A stretch of DNA of 64,000 nucleotides from Alphaproteobacteria bacterium (GCA_965227515.1 CBDDFZ010000001.1:32001-96000); one strand, 5' to 3'; positions 1 to 10,403 are shown, counted from the first letter of the stretch. Translations and numbers: made by a program. The notes: a model not told the origin generated them from the letters alone.

Positions 1-1046
1 CCCGCGATGCGCGCGTCGACGCGGAACTGGCGCGCCTGTCCGCGCTGGGCCGCGCGCTGGAACTGGAAATGGCCGCCGCCTCGGCGGCCGGGAATGCCAT
101 GCAGCCGACCATGACGCCCATGCCGCCGGCACCGCCGCCCGCCGATGCCGAGCGGGTCGCCCCCACGGCGCATCGCGAGCCGCATTTCTCAACGCCCAAG
201 CCGCCGGTGCCCCTGGTCGAGCCGACCAAGCCGCTCGCAGCCCCGCCATCGAAGCAGCCGCGCAAGTTCCGCGAGGCCACCGACAAGTTCACCAAGCCGC
301 CGACCGATGAAGAACTGCTGGCCAAGGTGGAAGAGGCGATCCGCGCCGACCGCATCGACATGCACTTGCAGCCCATCGTCGATGCCGGCGACCGCAAGGC
401 ACAGTTCTACGAGTGCTTCACCCGCCTGCGCACCGATACCGGCGTCGAGCTGCTGCCGGAGCAGTTCCTGCCGATCGTGGAGCGCGAGGGCCTGACCGCC
501 GGCATCGACAACATGCTGCTGCTGCGATGCGTGCAGATATTGCGCCGCGCCCACCGCCGCGACAAGCCGGTCACCTTCTTCTGCAACATCTCCGGCCAGT
601 CGCTGGCCGACCGGGTGTTCTTCGCCGATTTCCTGGACTTCCTGAGCGACAATACGCTGCTGTCGGAGAACCTGGTGTTCGAGATCGCGCACACCGACCT
701 GGTGTCGCTGCCGGCCGAGGCGGCGGAGGACCTGCGCTCGCTGGCCGACCTGGGCTTCCGCTTCGCCATCGACCGCGCCAGCCTGGCCGACGTCACCCCG
801 GCACTGCTGTCGGAATGGCCGATCGCATTCGTCAAGGCCGACATCGCGGAGATCGCCGCCTACGCGCAGCACGACCCCGGCCTATCGACGTTGCAGCGTC
901 CGCTGGTGCTGGCCGGCGTCGCCATGGTCGCGACCAAAGTGGAGCGCGAGCGCCACGCCGACGTCCTGACCGGCCTTGCGGTGCGCTACGGCCAGGGCTT
1001 CCTGTACGGCGCACCCACCCCGCTGGCGATGGCCCTGCCCAGGTAA
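1..1046 (+). CDS. EAL-domain protein with degenerate motif (TipF-like c-di-GMP receptor), probably 5'-truncated by the window edge
   Basis: Pro-rich linker, then an EAL fold: LQPIV, FYECFTRL (ECF in place of EAL), NIS, LVFEI, FAIDR (no DDFG), GQGFLY. Confidence 0.75.
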   Translation, partial: RDARVDAELARLSALGRALELEMAAASAAGNAMQPTMTPMPPAPPPADAERVAPTAHREPHFSTPKPPVPLVEPTKPLAAPPSKQPRKFREATDKFTKPPTDEELLAKVEEAIRADRIDMHLQPIVDAGDRKAQFYECFTRLRTDTGVELLPEQFLPIVEREGLTAGIDNMLLLRCVQILRRAHRRDKPVTFFCNISGQSLADRVFFADFLDFLSDNTLLSENLVFEIAHTDLVSLPAEAAEDLRSLADLGFRFAIDRASLADVTPALLSEWPIAFVKADIAEIAAYAQHDPGLSTLQRPLVLAGVAMVATKVERERHADVLTGLAVRYGQGFLYGAPTPLAMALPR

Positions 1047-1088
1047 CTAACGCGGGAATCACGCAGCGAAGGCGGCCGAACTTCTTGT

Positions 1089-1194
1089 CGTCATTGCGAG
1101 GAGCACCGCGAAGTCGGCGCGACGCGGCAATCCAGAGCAATCCAAATGCGACCACGGCAATCGCCTGGATTGCTTCGCTGCGCTCGCAATGACG
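1089..1194. repeat. Palindromic REP-like element, family A (CGTCATTGCGAG...GCAATC...GATTGC...CTCGCAATGACG)
   Basis: 12-bp terminal inverted repeat plus an internal GCAATCCAG/CTGGATTGC inverted pair; intergenic. Confidence 0.85.
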
Positions 1195-1302
1195 GCGGCA
1201 AAGCAGTTTGTCGCGCTCCCCATTCTACGGCTCAAGCATGTGAACCTTCCGCACGTGATGCGCGACCAATGGTCGTGATCAACGCGTGGACGGGAGGTTG
1301 CC

Positions 1303-1821
1303 ATGAGCCTGCTATTCTCTCCGAACGGACGCATTCCCCGCCATGTGTGGTGGATCGGCGTGGTCATCCTGATCGTCGCCAACCTGGTGGCGGGTCTGAT
1401 CCTCGGCAAGACGCTCGGCACTGCGGCCATCTTCACGTTCGGCGGCCGCTTCGTCGTGTTCCTGGTCAGCCTGGTGTTCCTGTACGTCGCGTTCTGCCTG
1501 GCGTCGAAGCGCTTCCAGGACCGCGACCGGCCCGGGTCGCTGGCCGGCATGGTGGCCGGCTTCGGCCTGCTCAAGCTGTTCCTCGACCTCGGCGGCGTGA
1601 CCGGCGACCCGTGGGCGCTGAACGGTCTGGACTACGTCTTCCTGGTCGCCCAGGTGGCCATCGGCATCTGGTTCATCGTCGAGCTTGGCTGCATGGCCGG
1701 CACCCAGGGCAAGAACCGCTATGGCCCGGACCCGCTGGAGCACACCGCCCTGCCCTACCGGCACGGACGACCCGCGCCCACCGGCGCCCCCACTGCCTCA
1801 ACGCGCGACCTCCCACAATAA
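1303..1821 (+). CDS. DUF805 family inner-membrane protein
   Basis: LFSPNGRI.R..WW, KRFQDRD, GTQGKNRYGPDP motifs; GGAGG RBS upstream. Confidence 0.85.
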   Translation: MSLLFSPNGRIPRHVWWIGVVILIVANLVAGLILGKTLGTAAIFTFGGRFVVFLVSLVFLYVAFCLASKRFQDRDRPGSLAGMVAGFGLLKLFLDLGGVTGDPWALNGLDYVFLVAQVAIGIWFIVELGCMAGTQGKNRYGPDPLEHTALPYRHGRPAPTGAPTASTRDLPQ

Positions 1822-1824
1822 ACC

Positions 1825-2040
1825 TTACCTGCTGAGCCGGCCCTCCAGCGGCATGCCGGTCAGCAGCGAGACCAGGTGGGCGGCGAACACGACCGCGGCG
1901 ATGGTGGCGGTGATCGCGATCAACACATAGGGCGGCTGCCAGATGCGGCCCGGGACGTAGGGCCGGTTGTGTAGCAGCAAGCTGCCGCCGGCCACCAGCA
2001 CCGAAAAGCCGAGCAGGATCGCGGTCAGGGTCAGGCCCAC
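1825..2040 (-). CDS. Small two-TM membrane protein
   Basis: 71 aa with two hydrophobic helices; directly downstream of the hydrolase gene. Confidence 0.6.
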   Translation of the reverse strand: MGLTLTAILLGFSVLVAGGSLLLHNRPYVPGRIWQPPYVLIAITATIAAVVFAAHLVSLLTGMPLEGRLSR

Positions 2041-2045
2041 GGCCG

Positions 2046-2840
2046 TCAGCCAGCCGCCTTGGCGCTGGCAGCGCGGGTCGCGTCCTGCACGGCGGCGCGC
2101 AGGCGGGCCAGGTCCTCCGGCCGCGCCAGCCGGTGCTCGGCGTCCTTCACCAGGGACACGACCACGTCGTCACCAGCCAGCTTGTCGGCCAGCTTCAATG
2201 CAGTCTGCCACGGCACGTCGGGGTCCAGTTGCCCGTGCAGCAGCCGCACCGGGCAATCGATGGCGATCTCGTCGCGCAGCAGCAGACGCTCGCGCCCGTC
2301 TTCGATCAGGCGGGCGGTGATGACCGTAGGTTCGTCGCTGTACTGCGACGGCACGGTGACGAAGCCCTTGTCCCGGAAATCGGCGCGCTGTTCTTCGGTG
2401 GCGACCGCCCACATCAGGTCCTCGGTGAAATCGGGCGCCGCCGCTATGCCGACCAGCGCCGCCACCCGCTCAGGTCGGCGGAGCGCCACATGCAGCATGA
2501 TCCAGCCGCCCATGCTGGACCCGACCAGAATCTGCGGTCCCTTCGCCACCCGGTCGAGCACCGCCACCGCATCGTCGGCCCAGCGCCCGATGGTGCCGTC
2601 CTCGAACGCGCCGTCGGACAGGCCGTGGCCGAAATAGTCGAAGCGCACAAAGTTGCGGTCGGTCTGCCGGCACATCTCGGCCAGGTACTCCGCCTTGCCG
2701 CCATACATATCGGACCGGTAGCCGGCCAGGAACATGACGCCCGGCAGCGCGGATCGCCCTTCGCTGGCGTGATAGGCGATCCGATGACCGTCTTCGCGAT
2801 TGATCCACGACGGCGTGGCGGTAGAGTGATTGTCGCTCAC
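2046..2840 (-). CDS. Alpha/beta hydrolase (ABHD10-like)
   Basis: RFDYFGHG, GSSMGG nucleophile elbow, LLHG..D.DVPW, late His (DAEHR). Confidence 0.9.
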   Translation of the reverse strand: MSDNHSTATPSWINREDGHRIAYHASEGRSALPGVMFLAGYRSDMYGGKAEYLAEMCRQTDRNFVRFDYFGHGLSDGAFEDGTIGRWADDAVAVLDRVAKGPQILVGSSMGGWIMLHVALRRPERVAALVGIAAAPDFTEDLMWAVATEEQRADFRDKGFVTVPSQYSDEPTVITARLIEDGRERLLLRDEIAIDCPVRLLHGQLDPDVPWQTALKLADKLAGDDVVVSLVKDAEHRLARPEDLARLRAAVQDATRAASAKAAG

Positions 2841-2890
2841 AAGTCCTCCCTCAGCGGCAGCCGGCGGCGGCGGCTCAAGTCTCAGCGGTA

Positions 2891-4072
2891 ATGACAGACC
2901 CTGCGGTCCATCAAGGCAACACGGCCACCAAAGGCGCGTCCATCCTGCAGGTCCTGCCCAGCATGGGCCAGGGCGGGGTGGAGCGCGGCGCCTATGACGT
3001 GGCGCTGGCGCTGGTCGCGGCCGGCCGCCGCGCCGTCGTCGCTTCCAATGGCGGCCCCTATGCCGAGGCGCTGGCCGGGCGCGGCGCCCTCCACGTCAAG
3101 CTGCCCGTGCATAGCAAGAACCCGCTGGTGATGTACCGCAATATCGGACGGCTGGCGAAACTGGCGCAACGCGAAAACGCCGGCCTGATCCATGCCCGCA
3201 GCCGGGCGCCGGCATGGTCGGCCTACTATGCCGCCCGGCGCCTGGGCCTGCCGTTCGTCACCACCTTCCACGGCACCTACAATTTCAATGGCCGGCTCAA
3301 GCGCGGCTACAACGCCATCATGACCCGCGGCGACCGGGTGATCGCGATCTCGGAATTCATCGCGGCGCACATGAAGGCGCACTACCGCGTGAACCCGGCG
3401 CGCATCCGGGTGGTGCCGCGCGGCATCGACATGGCGTTCTTCGACCCCGCCCGCCTGCCGCCGGACCAGGTGGCGGCGCGCGCCGACGCCTGGGGGCTAG
3501 ACCCCGGCCGGCCGACCGTGATGCTGCCGGGCCGGCTGACCCGATGGAAGGGCCATGCGGTGCTGATCGAGGCGCTGCGCTGGCTGGGCCGGCCCGACGT
3601 GCAGTGCGTGATGGTGGGCGACGGTCGCGACGGCTATCGCGAGGAGATGGAGGCGCTGGCGCAGCGCAACGACGTGGCCGCCCAGGTGCGCTTCGTCGGC
3701 GGCAGCAACGACATGCCGACCGCCTATGCGCTGGCCGACGTGGTGGTCTCTGCCTCGACGGACCCGGAGGCGTTCGGGCGCGTATCGGTGGAGGCGCAGG
3801 CGATGGGCTGCCCGCTGGTCGCCTCGGACCACGGCGGGTCGACCGAGACGGTGATCGACCGGTCGGCCGACCCGATGCAATGGACCGGCTGGCTGACCCC
3901 GCCCGGCGACGCGGAGGCGCTGGCGGCGGCCCTGGCCGAGGCGCTGGCGATGCCGGCCGAGGCCCGCATGTCCTACGCCGACCGCGCCCGGCGCCATGTC
4001 GCACGCAACTTCACCCGTGACCTGATGTGCGCCCGGGTACTCGCGGTCTACGACGAGGTGTTGGGGGGTTAG
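2891..4072 (+). CDS. Glycosyltransferase family 4
   Basis: GGVERG, HARSRAPAW, GRLTRWKGH, EAFGRVSVEAQAMG. Confidence 0.9.
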   Translation: MTDPAVHQGNTATKGASILQVLPSMGQGGVERGAYDVALALVAAGRRAVVASNGGPYAEALAGRGALHVKLPVHSKNPLVMYRNIGRLAKLAQRENAGLIHARSRAPAWSAYYAARRLGLPFVTTFHGTYNFNGRLKRGYNAIMTRGDRVIAISEFIAAHMKAHYRVNPARIRVVPRGIDMAFFDPARLPPDQVAARADAWGLDPGRPTVMLPGRLTRWKGHAVLIEALRWLGRPDVQCVMVGDGRDGYREEMEALAQRNDVAAQVRFVGGSNDMPTAYALADVVVSASTDPEAFGRVSVEAQAMGCPLVASDHGGSTETVIDRSADPMQWTGWLTPPGDAEALAAALAEALAMPAEARMSYADRARRHVARNFTRDLMCARVLAVYDEVLGG

Positions 4073-4098
4073 AGCGGATCACGCCTGAGTTGGCCCAA

Positions 4099-4136
4099 CC
4101 CTCACCCTCCCTCTCCCACTTCGCGGGAGAGGGTGA
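4099..4136. repeat. Short palindrome CCCTCTCCC-N7-GGGAGAGGG between convergent genes (REP-like or bidirectional terminator)
   Basis: Perfect 9-bp stem at 4109-4117 / 4125-4133; related to the core of the family D repeat. Confidence 0.6.
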
Positions 4137-4155
4137 TGAAGCGCCGCGACTGGCC

Positions 4156-5334
4156 CTAAAGATTCGGGATCCAGTCGGCCGCGTTGTGGTCGAAGTCGAA
4201 ATCGTCGCCCTCGACGCTGGCGGCTTCGGCAGCCGCCGCCGCTTCGGCCGCCTCGATGGCCGCGGCCTCGCGCACCTCGGCCTCGGCGGCGCGGCGGGCC
4301 AGTATCGCCTCCGCCGTGCGTAGCGGCGCCACGTCGACGATCGGCGTCAGGTCGATGTCGGCCGCGCAGGCGCCATCGGCCTGCCACCAGGCCAACTGGT
4401 CCTGCAGCGACACGATGTTCACCACCGCCTGCCGGTCGAAATAGGGCAGCCCGGCCGCCACCTGCACCGTCTCCTGGCCGATGTAGCGGCCGATGACCGC
4501 CAGCGTCGCGTCGCGCCGCGCATCGGCAATCGCCGCGTCATCGTCGGCGGGCGACAGCACGAAGTCGTGATAGGCGGCCACGCCGCGCAGATAGGCGCGC
4601 AGGAACCGCTCCACCAGGTCGCCGCGCAGCCGGACATGGGCCGCCGTGGTCATCAGCATCGACAGGCTGATGTCCTGACGGTCGCTGCCCGCCCAGGCAA
4701 CGATACGGCTGTCGCCGCTTTCGCTCAGCGGGGCCGCCAGCCGAGCCGGCAGCAAGGCCAGGTCGACCTGCCCGTTGACCACCGCGGCGGCCAGCGCGAC
4801 GTCGGAATTGAGCTGCACGACCTCGGGCCCGGCCGGCGACGGCGCGATCGTGGCGTCGTCCAGCCGCGCCAGCAGGTAGCGGGCGAACGCGCCGCCTTCG
4901 CTGACGCCGATGACGCCTGCCTGCACCGGTGCAACGTCGCCGCCGCCGGGGGCGGTCCAGGCATAGTGCATGTGCTCGGCGTCCAGGCGCTCGCCACCGG
5001 CAACGATGCGCAGCCCCTCCCGCGCCGCAAGGTCGAAGGCGGTCGGGTTCAGGCGCACCAGCGCGAAATCGGCATCCTGCTGGACCAGGGCCATGCCGAC
5101 GGTGTGCTCGGCGTGCAGGAACAGGAACGAGACGTCCAGTCCCTCTTCGGCGAACCAGCCCCGGTCGGCGGCGATGAACAGAGGCGCGGACGACGCGCTT
5201 GGCTCGGTCGCGATGACGATGGATTGCGCCATCGCCGGCGCGGCAAGCCCGGTGGCCAAGCAGGCGAGCGCACACGCCGCCAGCTGCCGCGTCCGGGCCC
5301 GGCATAATCTTGCCACAGCGCGCAAGTACACCAT
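4156..5334 (-). CDS. ABC transporter substrate-binding protein (SsuA/NMT1/THI5-like)
   Basis: Signal peptide ending AMA-Q; APLFIAADRGWFAEEGLDV; FLRAYLRG; start codon uncertain. Confidence 0.8.
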   Translation of the reverse strand: MVYLRAVARLCRARTRQLAACALACLATGLAAPAMAQSIVIATEPSASSAPLFIAADRGWFAEEGLDVSFLFLHAEHTVGMALVQQDADFALVRLNPTAFDLAAREGLRIVAGGERLDAEHMHYAWTAPGGGDVAPVQAGVIGVSEGGAFARYLLARLDDATIAPSPAGPEVVQLNSDVALAAAVVNGQVDLALLPARLAAPLSESGDSRIVAWAGSDRQDISLSMLMTTAAHVRLRGDLVERFLRAYLRGVAAYHDFVLSPADDDAAIADARRDATLAVIGRYIGQETVQVAAGLPYFDRQAVVNIVSLQDQLAWWQADGACAADIDLTPIVDVAPLRTAEAILARRAAEAEVREAAAIEAAEAAAAAEAASVEGDDFDFDHNAADWIPNL

Positions 5335-5600
5335 GTCTGGTCGTCTCCGATACTGCGGTGGCCGCCCCCCGGCACCCGTGCTGCATTCCTGCACCTCGGG
5401 CGGCAATCGTGGCTGGCACCGCGGTGGCGAACACTATCGGGCGCCGCGGGCGCGGTCAAATCCGCTGAACTTGGCGGTTCGGTCGCCCGGGCCGGCCGAC
5501 TTGACATCGCCGTCCCGGCATGGCCATTGCGCAAGGCGTTTATGTTACAGTCAGGTAAGACGCATATGCTGCACCCGCCGCCTTCACCACTACCGACTCC

Positions 5601-6224
5601 ATGCTGACTATCTTCCTCATCACGTTCGGCAAGGCCGTCCTCGCCGGGCTGGCGATTGCCGCCCCGGTCGGACCGGTGGGCGTGATGTGCGTGCAGCGCA
5701 CCCTGCATCACGGCCGGGTCGCCGGCCTCGTGTCCGGCCTGGGCGCCGCGCTGGCCGATGCCATGTTCGGCATCGTCGCCGCGTTCGGCGTGGTGGCGGT
5801 GGCGGACTGGATGGTCAATCACCAGACCATTCTGGAGCTGGTCGGCGGTGCGCTGTTGATCGGCATCGGCCTGCGCGCGCTGATGACCCGCGCGGCGGAA
5901 AAGACCACCGCCGAGCCGCGGGGCCACCTGGCCGCGTTCGCGTCGACCTTCGTGCTGACCATCACCAACCCGATCACCATCCTGGCGTTCGCCGCCGTGT
6001 TCGCGTCGCTGGGGCTCGGCGTGGAAGAGCTGAGCATGACCGACGCGGCCATCCTGGTCGGCGGCGTCTTCGTCGGATCGGCGCTCTGGTGGTGCGGCAT
6101 CGCGGCCAGCGCCGGCCTGTTGCGCGCCAAGCTGGGCGACAACGCCAAGTCGATGCTGAACGGCGTGGCCGGCGTCATCATCATCGCGTTCGGTTGCGTC
6201 GCCCTGGTCGCCGGCCTGGTCTGA
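5601..6224 (+). CDS. LysE family translocator
   Basis: AAPVGPVG, GLGAALAD, LTITNPITI motifs; multi-TM. Confidence 0.9.
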   Translation: MLTIFLITFGKAVLAGLAIAAPVGPVGVMCVQRTLHHGRVAGLVSGLGAALADAMFGIVAAFGVVAVADWMVNHQTILELVGGALLIGIGLRALMTRAAEKTTAEPRGHLAAFASTFVLTITNPITILAFAAVFASLGLGVEELSMTDAAILVGGVFVGSALWWCGIAASAGLLRAKLGDNAKSMLNGVAGVIIIAFGCVALVAGLV

Positions 6225-6547
6225 TTGCAGGCATGACATGCGCGCCGCGGGCCACTCCTCGGCCACGGCGCAACACTCCTGCTTCGCGGCACGTTCAGCA
6301 CTCGCCCGCAGCTCGTTAGGTCATATATCCCAAGAGGCGCCAACAATTCGCACAAAAAATAGGCAGGACCAGGCACCTCTATAGATGAGCACCAGGTGCG
6401 AATACGGATTGTGTCTGGGCAGATTCACCAAAACGCCCGGAAGGACCCCCTATTTCGCAAATATAGTGCGCTACTGATTCGATCTTTTCATAGTTTGGAA
6501 ATCGGTTTGATCGACATTGACCCCCAGATTCGCTCTCGGAGGTCGCG

Positions 6548-8635
6548 ATGGGCAAGAAAAGACATTCCATTGGCAAATTCTCGGTCGCGCAGCGCCTGAA
6601 GCTCATGGTCGCGGTTCCCGTGGTCACGGCGCTGCTGCTCGGCATCTTGATCGCCGGGTATCTGTACAACCGTGCGTCGGACATGACCGCCACGGTACCG
6701 CTCGTCCAGATCGCGGAGTCGACCAGCGCGCTGGTCCACGAACTGCAGAAGGAGCGCGGACGTTCCGCCGCCTTTGTCAGTTCCGGCCGCGAAGCCCGTT
6801 TCCTGGCCGACCTTCAGGCGCAACGGTCGCTGACCGATGCCGCCCTTGCCGATTTCGACGCCCACATGAGTGGATTGGATGTGGAGGCGCTGTTCGGCAA
6901 CCAGGCGGCGCAATACGCAAACGCCGGCACCGCAGTCCACGACACGCTGGAAATGCGCGGGGCGATCAACAGCGGTGAGGTCCAGGCGCAGGAGATCGTT
7001 GGCGCATACTCGGCGCGGATCGACACCCTGATCCGGCTGATGGTTGTCGCCACCGAGCATAGCCCGTCGCAGGAGGTCAAAGCGCACTTGTCACCCTACA
7101 TCGCACTGGTGCGGGTCAAGGAAAGCGCGGGCCTGGAACGCGCGCTCGGCAGCGCCCTGCTCAACCAGGCTGCCGACGGCGCCTTCTCCGACCAGTTGTT
7201 CGTGACTTACAGCCGACACCTCTTCGGCGAGAGTATTTTCCTGGACGAGTTCCAGCTCTATGCCAGCGACAGCTTCGTGGCGTGGTTCGACCAGACGGTG
7301 GTGGGGCCCGACGTCGAGCAGGTCATGGCCTGGCGCGACGTCATTGCAGCCATACCCGAGACGGTGGATGCACAGGGCGTCGACGGCAAGGTCTGGTTCG
7401 ACACCGCAACCAAACGCATCAACCTGATCAAGCAGGTGGAGGACCGGATCGCGGCGGAGATGGCGACCCTCGCCGCCGAGAACGAGCAATGGGCGTGGAT
7501 CGAACTCGCCATCGGCATCGCCGTCATCGTGTCGATGGCCGTGGGCATGATCATTTTCACGATCAACCAGACCCGTCGCACCCTCTACGCGGTGGATTTC
7601 GTCAGCGACAAGCTGATGCGGCTGGCCAATGGCGACCTTGATGTCGACATCGAGGAACGGCGGTCCAAGCCGCGCAAGGACGAAGTCAGCCACATGTACG
7701 CCGGTCTGGTCTTGATGAAGCAGAACGCGCTGGAGCAGAGAAGGCTGCAGGCGGAGAAGCTCAGCAATGCCGAGCGCGAAGCCGAACGGACCCGCCAGTC
7801 CAAGGCGATCATCGACGCCTTCCAGCAGGACATCAGCGAGCTGGTCGCCCAGCTCACCTCGGCAGCGAACGATCTCAACACCCGCGCTGGGCAACTGACC
7901 GAAGGCGCAGAGGCAACCACCCGCAGCTCGGTGGAGGCATCCAGCAAGGCCGAATTGTCCAGTAACGCGGTTGAATCGATGGCGGCCGCGACCGAGGAAA
8001 TCACTGCCTCCATTGGCGAGGTCAACCGGCAGGCCAGCGGGCTGCGCAAGAGCTCTCAGGAGGCCGCCGACGATACCATCGCGATCCATCGCGATGTGGC
8101 CGAATTGAAGGAGAAGGGCCAGCAGATCAACGGCGTCATGACCCTGATCTCGGACATCGCGGCCCAGACCAACCTACTGGCGCTGAACGCCACCATCGAG
8201 GCAGCGCGCGCAGGTGCGGCGGGCAAGGGGTTCGCGGTCGTGGCCTCCGAGGTCAAGGCGCTGTCAAACGAGACCGCCAAGGCGACCGAGAGCATCCGCG
8301 CCCAGGTGGAGGCGATGGTCGCGGCCATCGAGAGCAGCACCACCGGCATCGAGAAAGTGAGCAGCGGAATCGAAAGCGTGGGCCTGTCGGTCGAGGCGGT
8401 CGCCACCGCGGTCGACGAGCAACTCAGCGCCACGTCCGAGATTTCGCAGAATGCGGCGGAGGCTTCAAAGGGGAGCCGGGGAGCCTGCGAACATGCGCAG
8501 CAGGTGCAAGAGATCGCAACCCGGACCAACGAGAACGCGGCGGACGTGCGGTCGATCGCCGAGGGCCTGGCACAGCGCATCGGCAGCCTGCAAACACGGA
8601 CCGAGGAGTTCGTCAGCAAGCTGGCAGCCGCTTAA
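6548..8635 (+). CDS. Methyl-accepting chemotaxis protein with a NIT (nitrate/nitrite-sensing) domain
   Basis: Periplasmic [10 protein letters not shown] and KESAGLERA (NIT signatures); HAMP; [32 protein letters not shown] hairpin. Confidence 0.9.
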   Translation: MGKKRHSIGKFSVAQRLKLMVAVPVVTALLLGILIAGYLYNRASDMTATVPLVQIAESTSALVHELQKERGRSAAFVSSGREARFLADLQAQRSLTDAALADFDAHMSGLDVEALFGNQAAQYANAGTAVHDTLEMRGAINSGEVQAQEIVGAYSARIDTLIRLMVVATEHSPSQEVKAHLSPYIALVRVKESAGLERALGSALLNQAADGAFSDQLFVTYSRHLFGESIFLDEFQLYASDSFVAWFDQTVVGPDVEQVMAWRDVIAAIPETVDAQGVDGKVWFDTATKRINLIKQVEDRIAAEMATLAAENEQWAWIELAIGIAVIVSMAVGMIIFTINQTRRTLYAVDFVSDKLMRLANGDLDVDIEERRSKPRKDEVSHMYAGLVLMKQNALEQRRLQAEKLSNAEREAERTRQSKAIIDAFQQDISELVAQLTSAANDLNTRAGQLTEGAEATTRSSVEASSKAELSSNAVESMAAATEEITASIGEVNRQASGLRKSSQEAADDTIAIHRDVAELKEKGQQINGVMTLISDIAAQTNLLALNATIEAARAGAAGKGFAVVASEVKALSNETAKATESIRAQVEAMVAAIESSTTGIEKVSSGIESVGLSVEAVATAVDEQLSATSEISQNAAEASKGSRGACEHAQQVQEIATRTNENAADVRSIAEGLAQRIGSLQTRTEEFVSKLAAA

Positions 8636-8665
8636 CCCGAGCGGCACCGCCAAGAAGGGCGCTAG

Positions 8666-8948
8666 CAGGTTGTTGAAAAACTCCGAAGAGGCTGCGAAGC
8701 ATGAATATTTCGTCGAGGACAAGAAGCGGACGGCGATGTGGTGGTGGACTACCACGAGCCGTTCGCGACGCGGTCATTCGCGAAATATTCAGCTTCCCGA
8801 ACGGGTTACGGTCTGATCGCGGTTCTGGTTCGTTGTGCCGGCTCACCGATGCATCCAGCATCGCTTTCGCCCAGTGGTCCTTGGGCACGCCTGCCATTCC
8901 CACAATCAGCCCCGTAACGCAGTCCTTCCGGAGTTTTTCAACAGCCTG
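8666..8948. mobile_element. Non-autonomous IS derivative (MITE) with IS5/IS1182-like ends
   Basis: Terminal IRs CAGGTTGTTGAAAAACTCCG / CGGAGTTTTTCAACAGCCTG (1 mismatch); CTAG on both flanks (8662-8665, 8949-8952); no transposase. Confidence 0.8.
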
Positions 8949-8956
8949 CTAGGCCG

Positions 8957-9535
8957 TCAGTCCAGGTCCTCGTCGATATCGTCCGCGTCCAGCGCGCGGC
9001 GCGCGATCGCGAACGAGAATCCGGCCCGGGTCATGGCCGCCAGGTCCTTGCGGGCTTGATCGTCAGCTGCCTGGCCCCCCGGGCTCTGGCGTCGATGCGG
9101 CCCCAGACGGCGGCGTTGCGCGAACCGCTGCGCGGCAGCCAGCTCCGCGTCTTCGGAGTCCGCATCGGGATCGTCCAGCGCCGTGTCGATGGCGGCATCG
9201 TCCATGCCCTTGTTGCGCAGCACCGCGCGGATGCGCAGCGCCGAGGCGCCGCGACGACGCTCCACCCGCACCTTGGACGCGGCGTATTCCGCGTCGTCGA
9301 TCAGGCCCTGGCGGACGAGCGTGCCGACCACCTCGGCAATGGCGTCGACGTAGTCGGCCACTGCCCGGTCGTCGCCGTGGTGACGCATGATCCGGCGTTG
9401 CAGGACCCGGGTCACCTGGCTTGACGGCGCCGGATAACGGGCCAGATAGTCCAGCGCCGCCTGCCGCAGCGCAGCCACCGTTAACGGCTCCACGATTGCG
9501 GCTCCACGATTGCGTTGGCGCCGGCCATGTGCCAT
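8957..9535 (-). CDS. recX: Regulatory protein RecX
   Basis: ALDYLARY, GLIDDAEYA, RRGAS..I...L..KG, RAGFSF; only the last ~192 aa of the 514-aa ORF call are used. Confidence 0.85.
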   Translation of the reverse strand: MAHGRRQRNRGAAIVEPLTVAALRQAALDYLARYPAPSSQVTRVLQRRIMRHHGDDRAVADYVDAIAEVVGTLVRQGLIDDAEYAASKVRVERRRGASALRIRAVLRNKGMDDAAIDTALDDPDADSEDAELAAAQRFAQRRRLGPHRRQSPGGQAADDQARKDLAAMTRAGFSFAIARRALDADDIDEDLD

Positions 9536-9598
9536 CAACCGCGGCGGCGTGTCCCGGCGGGCGGGCGGCCGTTCCATGACACACATTGCGAGTCCATT

Positions 9599-10393
9599 TT
9601 GAGCACCCCCCACGTTCGCGCCATCGGTCTGGTCAACTGGCTGGGTTTCCGGTCGCTGTACATGAAGGAAGTGCGCCGTTTCCTCAAGGTCTACCTCCAG
9701 ACCATCGCGGCGCCGGTTGTCACCTCCCTGCTGTTCCTGGCCATCTTTACCCTGGCGCTGGGCCGCGCCGTGACAGTGCATGAAGGCACCACCTTTGCCG
9801 CCTTCCTGGCGCCGGGCCTGGTGATGATGTCGATCGTGCAGAACGCGTTCGCCAACACCTCGTCCAGCATCATGATCGCCAAGGTTCAGGGCAACATCGT
9901 CGACGTGCTGATGCCGCCATTGTCGCCGATGGAGCTGACGCTGGGCTTCCTGATGGGCGCGGTCACCCGCGGCATCCTGGTCGGCGTCGTCGCCACCGTG
10001 GCGATGGCCTTCTTCGTGCCGGTGGGGATCGCGCACATCTGGGCGATCCTCTATTTCGGCATATCGGCCGCGATGCTGATGGGGCTGATCGGCATGCTGG
10101 GGGCGATCTGGGCGGAGAAGTTCGACCAGATCGCGGCGGTCACCAACTTCGTGATCACGCCGCTGACGTTCCTGTCCGGCACCTTCTATTCCATCGAGCG
10201 CCTGCCGGACGCCTGGCAGACGGTGGCGCACCTGAACCCGTTCTTCTACATGATCGACGGGTTTCGCTATGGCTTCATCGGCACCTCCGACAGCGACCCG
10301 CTGATCGGCGTGCTGGTGCTGGCGGCGGTGAACGGCGCGCTGCTGGTCTGGACCTGGCGCCTGCTCGCCATCGGCTATCGCCTGAAACCGTGA
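9599..10393 (+). CDS. ABC-2 type transporter permease (YadH-like)
   Basis: KEVRRFLKV..QTI, PGLVMM, PLTFLSGTFYS, NPFFYMIDGFRYGF; start uncertain. Confidence 0.9.
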   Translation: MSTPHVRAIGLVNWLGFRSLYMKEVRRFLKVYLQTIAAPVVTSLLFLAIFTLALGRAVTVHEGTTFAAFLAPGLVMMSIVQNAFANTSSSIMIAKVQGNIVDVLMPPLSPMELTLGFLMGAVTRGILVGVVATVAMAFFVPVGIAHIWAILYFGISAAMLMGLIGMLGAIWAEKFDQIAAVTNFVITPLTFLSGTFYSIERLPDAWQTVAHLNPFFYMIDGFRYGFIGTSDSDPLIGVLVLAAVNGALLVWTWRLLAIGYRLKP

Positions 10394-10403
10394 CCCTGAA
10401 GTC

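Noticed and set aside
5516-5531. Sigma54-like GG-N10-GC motifs here and at 15503-15517
   Set aside because: Each deviates from TGGCAC-N5-TTGC and such matches are frequent by chance at this GC content, so they are not called.
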